A stretch of 62,446 nucleotides of DNA, the filler included, from Choristocarpus tenellus KU-1152 (Eukaryota > Protista > Phaeophyceae): assembly GCA_964200185.2 (NCBI GenBank). It is 9 parts of 9 records of this genome, joined end to end, with 100 filler letters (N's around TTAATTAATTAA, not from the genome) between each part and the next. Parts side by side here need not be neighbours in the genome. Positions count along the whole stretch, not along the records: positions 1 to 18,606 come from CAXNAD020000533.1; 8 more parts are not named here. The stretch is one strand, 5' to 3'. The notes beneath the pieces are model-generated. The model was not told the origin of the DNA. It did no database searches and saw only the letters and a list, made by a program, of their open reading frames with translations. A program made the translations under genes and the position numbers. Shown here in pieces: positions 1 through 11,012 of the stretch. The stretch's first letter is position 1. Every line of letters begins with the position of its first letter.

Positions 1-1899
1 GTATAACGGTATATGGCATACGGAAATAACGGTATAATAACAGACAAACATGCTTTCCACATTCTGCCTCATATAAAAATAAATAAATATTGGTTCGACG
101 TTTAATGACACAGGTATTCTCATGCAAGGTATGCAGGAATCAAACCTAATTGGTTCGAGGCACGACATGGAGTGCAATACGTAACGGATGCAGATCGAGT
201 TGTTGTTTATGTGTGAGATGTTAGAAATTGAACCAAACCATATTACATCATCCCTAATCGTATGTACCTCATGTACGTATTGTAGTACGACATAAATGTA
301 GTTGGGAGGTGAATATGCAGCTGATCCTGTTCTGTACGAGAGAAGGTGCACGGAAATCGAGACAGGAATCAACACACCCGTGGCCAGCCCTCCATGCGGA
401 CCAGCAGCTAAACGCAAAACGTACCTCTCCTCCCCCACAGGTCTCCACTCCCCGCTTTGCAACGCGCCCACATCGCCCCACTACAAAGGACAAACACGGA
501 AAGGCGTCGCAATTGCTGGATTTGAGGATGTCAAAAGCATCAGGCAACAAGTGAGTTTGACGGTATACATGTGCGCAGTCCTTCCAGATCATTCAACCCA
601 ATCGTGAACACGAAAATCTTCCTTCCCCGCTATCAGTAGACACACACTATCGCGCATGATGAATGATTTGCCTGATCAACCTCCCTATCATACCTCCAAT
701 TTCAACACGCCGATTCGTGTGTAATTCGGATCATTCAGCCTCGATCCTTCATATTCACCCCCTATACGGTTCCTCTTCTACACCTGTATACACAGTTTGA
801 ACACGCGCTGATTCCTCCTCGTCCGACGGACGTTTAGAGCCTAAGACTGTATGGCCTGTGCACTACTTTCGATTTTACCACCCAATCTTTACCCCAACCC
901 ATTAAGCAAAACATTCACAACATGTTATGTGAAACATGTCGATCGCTATACATACCAATCTTCCGTGGCATTTCCGTAAGATTGGGCAATGGTTTTTCCG
1001 GCATTAGCTCTGACCGTGTCGTCCCACCCTGCATTGTCGGAATGCCGACATACTTTCCCAAAGGCTAAGTGAAACCACAATTTACTCATCCCCCGAACGC
1101 GGTAGGGTCTGTTTGCGGTATTACGACATAACCACACACCCATATTTCTTCTCCTAACCCTACTCTATACAACACCACCTTTACCGTTGCATAGTTTATT
1201 AAGCACAATAACTGCACATGAAATCGCCCAATTCTTCACCAGAACACACACACACACACACACACATCATTACACAACCTATTCTTATGGAACACTCCAT
1301 CGAACCAACAAACCCCACGTAATACTCCAAGGTCGTAAACGTTATTCCCTTTACTTCGAGAGCATGCTCCTTTATATAACTAGTGAAAGAATCAGGCATA
1401 CTCTTGCAGCTTGGCCCACATGTACACTCTCACGAAGACCACGCATGTCAACGAAATAATGAAGTCGTTATTGTTTTGAATGATTGGGACTGAAGAATAG
1501 CCGCATCCCTGTTATTGTCGATGATGCCAGCCACCACATGTGCATCACTCTCCCCTTCTCCCTAATTCCGAAGTGGTTGTCAATATTGTCATAGTTTCTG
1601 AAAACAGTGTTTAATACATCCCTTCGTATACATCCATCATGGCGTTGCGCATCTCTCAATAATTTGCACGATCCCATGTCCCTGGCACATGCCTTGATCA
1701 ACTTAACACAGTCTTGCTAGTAAATGTTCGCAAGGTCTGCGGAGCTTACCAACCTCTACTTTTGCGCACAGATCGTATGCTCCCTCCCAAACGTAGTCCC
1801 TAACTTTGTTGCCTTAACTCCCATGCCATATTCTACGTTGATCTACATAAATAGTCACCCTCCACTGCAGCCAAGTGTGACCCATAAATGCGGCACTTC

Positions 1900-3058
1900 A
1901 CTACCTACGTTGTTTGTTTTTGTGGAGAGGAATAGGAACCTTATTAAATTCTTGCCCTTTCAATTAGTAACCGTTTCTTGGAGGTATTGCCCCTCAACCA
2001 CTCCGAGTTTTCGCCATCATTTCAGGATTTCACCAACACAAGAAACGAACCTCCTCCTTAGGCAGTTCTTGTCACTTACCGCGGCAGTTCACTGTCCGTT
2101 TTGTCATGTTGTTCAAGAAGGAGTGAATTATCCCCTGTGCTTTTTACCATTCCAAACTGATATTTCTTTCAAGTACTACATGCCACCCATGCGAAATTTT
2201 CAACATCGTTTTCGGATTGGACTTAATAATAAACCTCTCGCCGCTGTAGCCGATCCACATGACATCCCGAAGCAGTTCGCCCCCCGGTAGGACATGTTGT
2301 TGAATAAGGAATATGCATGACATCCGGGTTTTTTTCATTCAATAGTCATTTCTTTCAAGCATAGCACCTTGCCCATTCGGGATTTCGGACATCGTTTCAG
2401 TATTCACCAATAGAAAACAATCCAATGTCTTCTGTTCCCATACCTCGTCACCTCCCTGATCACTCACCCGCCCATCTTAACATGTTGTCCATGAAGAAAT
2501 ACACGATATCCTGTGTATCTGCTTTGTCAGAAAGTAATCGTTTCTTGGAAATATTGCACCACACCCACCCCTCACTTTCGACATCATATTGATATACAAC
2601 AACAAAAACCGCCATCCATTGCTAGTCCCCGTCACCAGGCACCTAAGCGCTCCACCTCAATGCATTTTTTTTGGCACGACCTTTCTCTCTTCTCCAAAGT
2701 GTTCAGTATCCCCACCAACGACATGCATTCCAAAGCAAGTAGCTCAACGACGATTTGCATCCCAAACATTTCTATATCGCATATATATCACGTGGATGAA
2801 AACATTTCTTGCATGTCGATTTTCCTTTTACATTTTTCTTGTGATAGTTTATTTTTTCGAATAAAGGTTGATGGTCCAACAATAATCATTTAGATTTTTT
2901 TTTCCTATCGCGAATTGTGTATAAACTATCCCCCTATTTTTAACGGCGTCCGAAACAGATGCACATTCGGAAATCAAGAAACTTTTAATTTCTGCGACTG
3001 AACAATTCATAATTTTCAGTTCCTGCTCATCAATTTTTTTTTTGACGAAATGCAACAC
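1900..3058 (-). pseudogene. Heavily decayed ORF with a SAP-like motif and four ~187-bp tandem units resembling CW-type zinc fingers
   Basis: Repeat units anchored at ~1971, 2161, 2349 and 2541. One minus frame gives EGWVWCNISKKR / PEWARCYA*KK* / FAWVACST*KKY / SEWLRGNTSKKR, followed in the better-preserved units by F..NNM....NC. The 2849-3058 ORF has CSVAEIKSFL...VSDAV. Many stops and frameshifts. Confidence 0.35.
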
Positions 3059-3315
3059 CCCTCAACTTCACACCAATCCCTTCTCACATCCACTGCCAGC
3101 GTAGACATTACCTTCACCGTACAAATCACTCCACCCCCAAACACGCATCATCCACGGCTAACCACTCAAGTGCCTCCTCGTTCGCTAAACACCTGTAGCA
3201 TCGCTTCTTTCATCATCATCCCTACCTCACCATCCTCGACACCCAACCGTGCGAAACATACTGCCTGCACACTTTACTGAAATCCGTTTCCCGCAAACTC
3301 CTCTCGTTCGATGAC

Positions 3316-4400
3316 ATGTTTCCCGAAATCGTACTTTGCATGAAGGACTACGAGCAAACCTGCCAGCGAAGAGACCAACCATGGGACTGCATAAGAATCG
3401 GTTACTTTAAACCATGTTCAGCCAAAACGACTTACTTGGCCAACTCGAGATTCCTCTCCCAGGACTATAATGCAAATCTATTTAATGAAGCCAGAGTTGC
3501 AGCTATGTTCGACAAAGTGACGAGGAATCCCATTCACGCAGCAGAGGTGATATGGGGGAATCCTAGGTTCGCAGTCTTTCGACAAGTGCTCACGATGGAA
3601 GACCGAGGCCGTGATGAGGGAGTACATGTTGGAGCAAGGTTTTTCGGCAAAGCTCTCCAACAGTGGGCTTATCAAGACCTACATCTTCAAGGGATCCATG
3701 AGGGCGGACAAGATGACAAGATGACCAAGAAGCGGAGCCCTTCGTACCGCGACACAATATTCTATTGCCTAAATAGGCAGCAGCATCGGTTAATGCTCCT
3801 CAGGATACTGAACAGCATACAACTCGCGGGCGTCTTTTACCCATAGCGATAAGCCTTCCCGACTTCATCGACCAAGCTTGGGCCGATGCAGTATGAAGAA
3901 TCTGAAAGGGCGCGGCTCCCACCTTGGCTGGCACATATATCCATGTTGCGATAGGGAGAAGGCGGAGTCCATCTCCATCCGATGTGGGGTACTATCGAGC
4001 GAGTCCCATGTCCCCAACGTGGTGGACGTTTTTCCCAGGATGGTGCCATGGTTACGGTCCATTATGGACTTCCGGGCAGAATTCGGAAGGGTCCAGCCCC
4101 TCCCGAGCACCACGGCAAATATGGCAAATGACAGTGAGGATAAGTGAAATAGGTGAAATGAACTGGTCAGGCTCCGTAAACAGTACTCCCTTGGAAAGCT
4201 TAACTTCGAGGACAGCGATGCTGCCTTCAAGTTTGCGGTTAAGAAAAATGTAGCGACGAAGATTATGGCATTCCTGAAGGAGGCATGGGTCGACGACACC
4301 AACCTCGAGAGTGGCCTGGACACTGCCAGCCAAGGAACAGCTAACCTGTTCTACAACGCCATCGCATCTCTTGCACATAGCACTATCAATATATTTCTCG
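3316..4400 (+). pseudogene. Intronless, frameshifted ORF remnant of unknown family (probably TE- or virus-derived)
   Basis: 176-aa ORF 3316-3846 continues through stops and frame changes into 3878-4147 and ...NELVRLRKQYSLGKLNFEDSDAAFKFAVKKNVATKIMAFLKEAWVDD. Composition is coding-like, but no recognisable motif. Confidence 0.3.
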
Positions 4401-5516
4401 TAGACATTTTAACTTCGATGAAGCCTGTGTCACTGTGCGTCGTACCTCTGGAACAGATATCCTTTGGGCCAAACTGTCACGTCCTTTTGTTCTATTGAGT
4501 TTTACATGCATACGAAAGTAGTCCTGCGTCTGTCAACAGCCTGTTTCCTTCAAGGTGTCACAATGTTTAACATTACGGGTTTCAACCTAGTGTCATCGGT
4601 TTGTTCATCGGTCACGTTGTTCCTAACCCTAAGTAATTAACGATTTCATGACACTAAATCACACTCTCTGTTTCCCATGATTCACAAGCCTAGAGATATT
4701 GTATACAAGCAGGCATGTATCATAAATTGTTCATGCCGCGTTTGTCAACAAAATCTACCTACATCCGTGACATGACCCACCCGTCACCCACATGGACAGC
4801 TGTCGACCCGACCCACTAACCACAACACTACCCTCATGTGGACATACTCCTCAAAATCAACACATAGCCCCTCAAGAAACATTTTCCTAACCCTTTCGAA
4901 ATATAGAATTACCACAATATTCGTCACCACACAACAACAAATGAAACTGCTAGGTGAACTCCAATTAATCCGACTAATCCCAAACCCGTTAGTCTCATGC
5001 CTCCTCACAATGGATGTAGACATCTGTTCACCTCACGTAGCACAAACCACCACTTAAGCCTAATGAATGACCATTTCTTTCAATACTTCATTGAACAAAA
5101 GCACACGTAAATGGGCGCTTTTGACCATATATACCTAAAAACCTAACCCCAACCACGTACCTTTCGTTATTTCAAGTCCAGAATTAAAAAATCCTCAAAC
5201 CAGTGGCGGTCTACTTTAGCTGGACTCTAACCCTACCATGACCATAACCAAATGTGTAATCCACACACGCACCCACGAAACACACCTTCAACCACCCTCA
5301 TACACGCAACTCATCCGAAGAACGCGACAAGATAAAATGGACCCCAAATGGACACCCGCCCCCGCCCCCCTCCAGATACTTTGGCCCAAAGAGTGATGAC
5401 AGTGATCAACAGTACTTCGAAGGAGTCCAAGAAGAATCCCAGATTCTTACAATCATCATATTGGGGGATCGGTCGGCTGATCGGTATGACATTGTCTAAA
5501 CTGCATATAACTAACG

Positions 5517-5562
<46 letters not shown>

Positions 5563-8500
5563 CCGCCGACGGTATTATGTCAGTATTTCATATCGCCATC
5601 AACTCATCCTACCTACAGTCATAATACTGTTCCACCAACTCTTATTCCTTCAACATGTTTTCCCCTGTGAATCGCCTGCTTTCTGGAAGACTCGGTACGC
5701 ATGCAAGTTTGCAATCATACTGCACCACCTGTAGGATATCGATGATCTTCCTGCAAAGATGGACCTGGTCTTGTGGGCTACTCACAGCGCTACAAGCAAA
5801 AGGGATGTTGTTGCCACCAAATCATTTCTATTCTATGAAATGACTAATGAGAGGTTACTTCCTACAACGCTTCCTGTTCCTGAACTCTTCCATATTAAAG
5901 TAGTAGCACCACAAAGGCAGTCTACTAAACAGTAATTATTCATGACGAATTAAAGGCCGTTGGTGTCGCTCGAGTTTTGAATTGATTGGTGTGACGTGAG
6001 AAAACCGCGTGTATATGTCTGTGCTGAGGTGATTCTGGTCCTGTTATGCAGAGTGCAGGTGTGATTGATACTCAAGTCATTGGCTCCTAAGGCTTCGAGC
6101 ATCACTTTGTGTGAGATGGGAGTATATAGTAAATGGCTGGGCGAAGCACTTGCTACAAATACAAGGCTAACGATACTCCGTCCAGACTCTACGATGAGCA
6201 TCAAGATTAAGAGAGGGTGCAGAACCGCCAATATTGTCACACTTTCACCAAGTGGGTGTATCGACTTATGTATCACATTTTTTTTCTGTAGCATTTACAC
6301 CTATTGTTTTTGATAAGTGTGTGGATGCGGCACAGTTGGCAGCTAGAACTGGACAAAATATACCCGCACGATTAAGGAACTTCTTCTATTGATAAACCAG
6401 TCTGTGAGATGAGGATATTCAGATTCCTTACGAGAAACGGGCTAGATTGAAACTTTAAATTTCCCCAATCCTGCGCCTAGTGTACAACTCAAGAGGTTTT
6501 CAACGGGGGCTCTTCTAAATATTGTGCGAAGAGGTCTGATTTTGTGAGCCCTCTCCAGTGGCCTGACTTCCCCACAAAAGGTATGTTTGTATCCGTGTTT
6601 CTCCATCGAGAAATGTACACATGTGCACGTGTTGTTGGATAACAGCAAGGTGGGACCTAGTGTTGTCGTCGACGGTAATTTTTTTCGCACCCTATCTCGC
6701 TACCCCCTGTCTGCTACTGCACTGTTTTGTTGCAATGAACAATTTGTGTGTGCTAAACTACGGTGTGTTGTTGAAGTGAATTTCTTGTTTATATACGAAA
6801 ATATACATACTGTTGTTCATTGTGGAGGAAGGGAAGGTGATAAGTGGTGAGGTTTATTTGAGGAAGGAGTTGAAGATACTGCTCCACAGACTGAGGCGGA
6901 TAGGTGGGCACAGGCAGTATAGTGCCAACATATATAAAATTTCAGGGTTGTTAAGCCCCTGAGTCTGAGCAAATTCCAAATCCCTCTCCCAGTCACCCTG
7001 ATGCTCAAGAGAGGTTCTGTGCGAATGGGGTAGGTGAGACCCCAGATTAACGGGTCAGTTAAGCCTAGTTGCTACGATTGAGAATTATCTGCAAGGGTTG
7101 CTTTGTTGTGTTAAGATGGTGTTTTCTTTGTCTGTTGTGACCACTTGTTCACAGCTGCTGGTGCTGCTACTCCTACTACTACTACCGTATACTCGAAAAA
7201 ATTCACCCTTTTACTTCGAGAGAGACGAAAGTCATAGGGCATATTATGAAGTATGATTTTATCATATACTTGTTCTACATCATACAACACATAGTCTGTA
7301 CTAGTTTGATTTTCTTTTCCTTTTTGATTCGGGTGGTGTGTGACAGGGGTGTGGACTGAGGAGGTCCTCCAAACAAGAAGCAACTGGGATGGAGGGACTA
7401 ATAGACAGTGGGACAGGCTTCTGGCTCTTGACGATATGGTATAATGTAACACAATACAAAATTCTAGAGCCGAAACAAGAAATTTGTTTCGAGCAAACTT
7501 GGGAACTTGGAAATACGATCCTCTAAGAGGTCTGGGGTATTATAAATTTGAACTTGACAGAGCTCTCAGCCAGGAATATAAGATAAAAAACGGCAAGGAG
7601 AGGCAAGGTGTCTTAGTACTCATTCTAGCTCTAGCCGAGTACAAAACGTAGGAACTGCTGAGTTGTGATTACATAACTTATCAGGTTCTGATGAAGGGGT
7701 GATAATTGCTGCTCGATTATATTATTTCATTTTGCGATGTTTCCATGATTGAAAGAAGCAACATTTAAGAGGCAATAACGACAAACGCAACTACTCTATA
7801 GTGCTACTTACAGCATCAACACCAGAAAATATATGCCTTTTCAACAACGATAAGAGTATAATACGACGGTACCCACAATATCATTTTGAGCAGTATATAC
7901 TTGAAAACGACAACAGAAGGCTTTCTACACAATACTACGTGTTCATAATCGCACGTTAGTTCCATGCATAGTGTATTGAAGCTATATTTTTTTCGCAGAT
8001 GCTGTCAAGAGAATAGAAGCACCCTAGAAAATGCTTGGACCCATGGCTAAAGGCAAGACAGTCTGAAGTGTTATGGAATACCATATATACCCTAATATTG
8101 TAGACTATAGTGTTCAATCAAGGAGCTTCACGGGATGGGATCAAGGAACAAGTGTGTGCAATTTTATGTCCACCAGAGGCCTAGCGGAAGGGTTGTTGGG
8201 TGTTGGAGGGTTTACCAGCAAGTGTTTTGTACAGTATTGCATGCTGCGGTGCCAACTCTTGTCTCTAAGGTGCAAAGATTTGGCTGGCAGATTTGGCTGG
8301 CAGGAAAGGTGTTTGCTCCGTGGACAAGATGTGTACTTGCTGTCAAGCACATAATAGCTTTTCTTTCAGCAAGATCTGCCCCAAACTCTTACTCCCCTGT
8401 CTTTGCTGACGCAAGGGCACAGGATCTACATAATAGGATGTCATGCACGCCCTGTATCTGGGCAATGCGCATGCGCGTATATGCTCCTGGGACGGGTACA

Positions 8501-8822
8501 TCACCAGATCAAATTGCCAAAGCAAGTGGTGTTGTGTAAAGGATAGTTTTGTCACGAGAATTGGTGAGCAGGTGAGAGCTCAATTTTGGTGGCGACAATG
8601 GACTCAACTCTAGGCACGTTGAACTGCATGCGAGTGAGCAGGAACACCAGCGAGTTGTCCAACACTATCTTATGAAGGGAATATTTTAACGAGACTATTA
8701 GCCTCAACTTGATCGCATCAAGGTTGAGTTTATTGCACCAAGTAGCAGGCGAATCCGTGATCCCCTATTCTATTGACCCTTCCCCCCCCTCGACAGAGAT
8801 ATATGTCAAGGAGGGCAAGATC

Positions 8823-9072
8823 CAAAGTATTTGGGAGGGTAGGAGTTTTGCCCTGTTTGTCCGTTTGAGGCTTGGCCTCCCACATTTTTTTTTTGCCCTT
8901 TGTCGATCTTCTGTGTCAACACAGTTACCAAAAATGTGTACGACTATGAAAGGTGTGTCCACAGCAAGGATATTGACACTTCCTAACAAACACGATAACC
9001 AAAATGAATCAAAATCGCAACATTGAATTTATGACCCAAACGTACACAGCCCTACCCTCTTAAATGCTTTTG
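8823..9072. mobile_element. MITE subfamily B (~250 bp), related TIR
   Basis: CAAAGTATTTGGGAGGGTAG...CTACCCTCTTAAATGCTTTTG. Homologous copies at 34260-34531, 43628-43686 and 53036-53269 share TTTGCCCTGTTTGTCC(A/G)TTT and/or ATC(A/G)CAACATT-like segments. Confidence 0.8.
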
Positions 9073-9132
9073 GTCCAAGAATACGAACACATCAGGGAAT
9101 TCCAGCAATCATTTTGGTCAGTCCTGATATAC

Positions 9133-10604
9133 CCTGGAAACTAGCCCTACTTGCGAAACAGGTGAAACAGTAACTAAGGAGGAGAAATTAATGTCTTCTT
9201 GTGTTTGTTTCCCCAGAGAGAACATTATCTGCAAGGAGGGGAATACTGGAGTGAAGCGAGCCTGGGAGTTACACAATTCGAATTACTTGCACTAAGCTGT
9301 ACGTTGGAGTGCAATGTCTGCCGTACTTGCTTGCAGGTTGTCAGTTTTCATGTGAAAATACCTTCTAACACTCATGTGCTCGAAGTTCGCCTTTAGTTCA
9401 ATAGTGCTCTGTGACGGATCGGCCATTCTTACCTCCAGGTAGCATACTACCAGCTGACGTTGGAGGAGAGTAAGCAGACAATAATGGGGCTGAAACGGAT
9501 ATTCTACATCAGGAAAGGCACAAGAGGTCCAAGACTGCCGTGTGTGCACGTCCCATATAATGACATAGTGGTATTATTTTAGTAGTCAACAAATAGATAC
9601 GGTTAAGTCCGACTTAGCCTCTTGAAAGAACAATACAGGAGAAGAAGAGCACATTAATATTGGTCAGGGTTAGGTGACGGAGAACTGCGGCCCAACTGGT
9701 TGGTTGTTATGTTACACATTGTTAATACCAACTAGAAAATGACACGTATGTCACTATGGCATATATATATATATATATATGAGACACGAAGTATACTTCA
9801 TGTCTCACAACTCCCACAAGTCTGTCCAATCCTGACTTGCCCACTATTGGGCTGGTATCTCTGTCTTCCAAGTGAAGTGTATGACATTCCTTGAAATCAG
9901 CACTTGTCCAATCTACTTGTATATATTGCTTCGAGGGGTTTTACCAATGTGACACACACACAAGGGCGAATAGAGACCATCGAGTAAAGTATTTAATCAT
10001 TCATAGGAAGGGATTTGAAAAACTATTTTTTGGAAGGGATATCGATTCTACAGCCCGAACAACTAACCTCTACTCCAACACAAAGAAAGGAATAAGGACT
10101 CTATCCTCCACAATATTATTGTATCATTCTTCACAATAAACCTGAGGAATCGCACAGTAATATGATGGAGAGAGTAGAGTCTGAAAAAAGCAATATATTA
10201 CTGGTGGAGAAAAAATGACAAAGCCCACAAAAGAAAAAAAGAAACAGCGGAAAAAAAAGGAAAAAAGAGAAATGGAAAGAACTGAAACGGAAGAAATAGT
10301 CGAGAAAAGCACACCAACCACCCTAAAAAGGAAGGGGAAAACAAAGAAAATGAACGAAGAAGGCAAGAAGAGAACAAACCCTCAAGGAAAACCAGATCCA
10401 GTCACCATAGTTGCTGTTTGGTGTGACTGCATCAACTATCACAGCTTCCATGGAATGGCATTCAGGTATGAGCATCGTTGTGCAGTTAGCCCACACATTC
10501 ATATTATTGTTGGTTACCAACTCTCGTTTTACAACTTCGTGCAACCTACCCCAACCATGATTGTCAATCACAAACTTACCAATTTTTTCTAGGGAGTATG
10601 CCAT
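9133..10604 (-). CDS. Intron-containing gene or pseudogene divergent from ACLY; weak resemblance to the Nup133 N-terminal beta-propeller
   Basis: ATG at 10604; exon 10604-10406 (MAYSLEKIGKFVIDNHGWGRLHEVVKREL...NSNY|gtgact). Candidate exon 10180-10068 (DSTLSIILLCDSSG / FIVKNDTIILWRIES) needs a 1-nt frameshift. Further candidates: ~9930-9850 (KECHTLHLED), an exon ending at 9433 (VCYLE|gtaaga), and 9228-9133. The Nup133 similarity is by eye only. Confidence 0.3.
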
Positions 10605-11012
10605 TCTATTCCCAATCCGTGCAACCGTTCTCTATCTTGTCAATAATATAAATGTGGTAATCCAATTTCTCCATTTCTGAAATGGTTTCAAAATACCTCG
10701 ATCTTGGCTTCTTTGATTGGCTGATGTCGAAGTTTGCAATATGTTATTGATCCATTTCTTTCCACCTCAAAAGGTAACGCGCGCGTCGCGCAATTGTTCT
10801 TCTACACCACAAACCTTCTCCTTTCTTAGAGTTGTATAGATAGTGACAATCGACAATTCTTCGTGAGCGTCACTGCTTTCCATTGACGATCAAGTCCAGC
10901 CTCATCCCTGTCACTTTGCTACTCTTCTACCCCAGCCTTATCTGGACTGTTCAACTCCTTGGAAACTTGTCCTCATCCTTGCTAGGCACTGCCCCTTTCA
11001 ACTCCTGATATC

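Noticed and set aside
1724-2893. Plus-strand ORFs with repeated VSW/ISF...F.H.F.I motifs as real genes
   Set aside because: The similarity is explained by the DNA repeat; the Trp/Cys pattern on the minus strand is more protein-like, though this is not proven.
5950-8700. Scattered ORFs here and in 25255-27000, 36690-37640, 55000-56010 and 58793-59143
   Set aside because: No recognisable motif or consistent splice pattern; probably decayed repeats or UTR, left uncalled.
9133-10604. Stop-codon reassignment to explain interrupted frames
   Set aside because: ACLY, GFAT and UGT exons have no in-frame stops, and GFAT and UGT end at TGA; interruptions come with frameshifts, which indicates decay or sequencing error.
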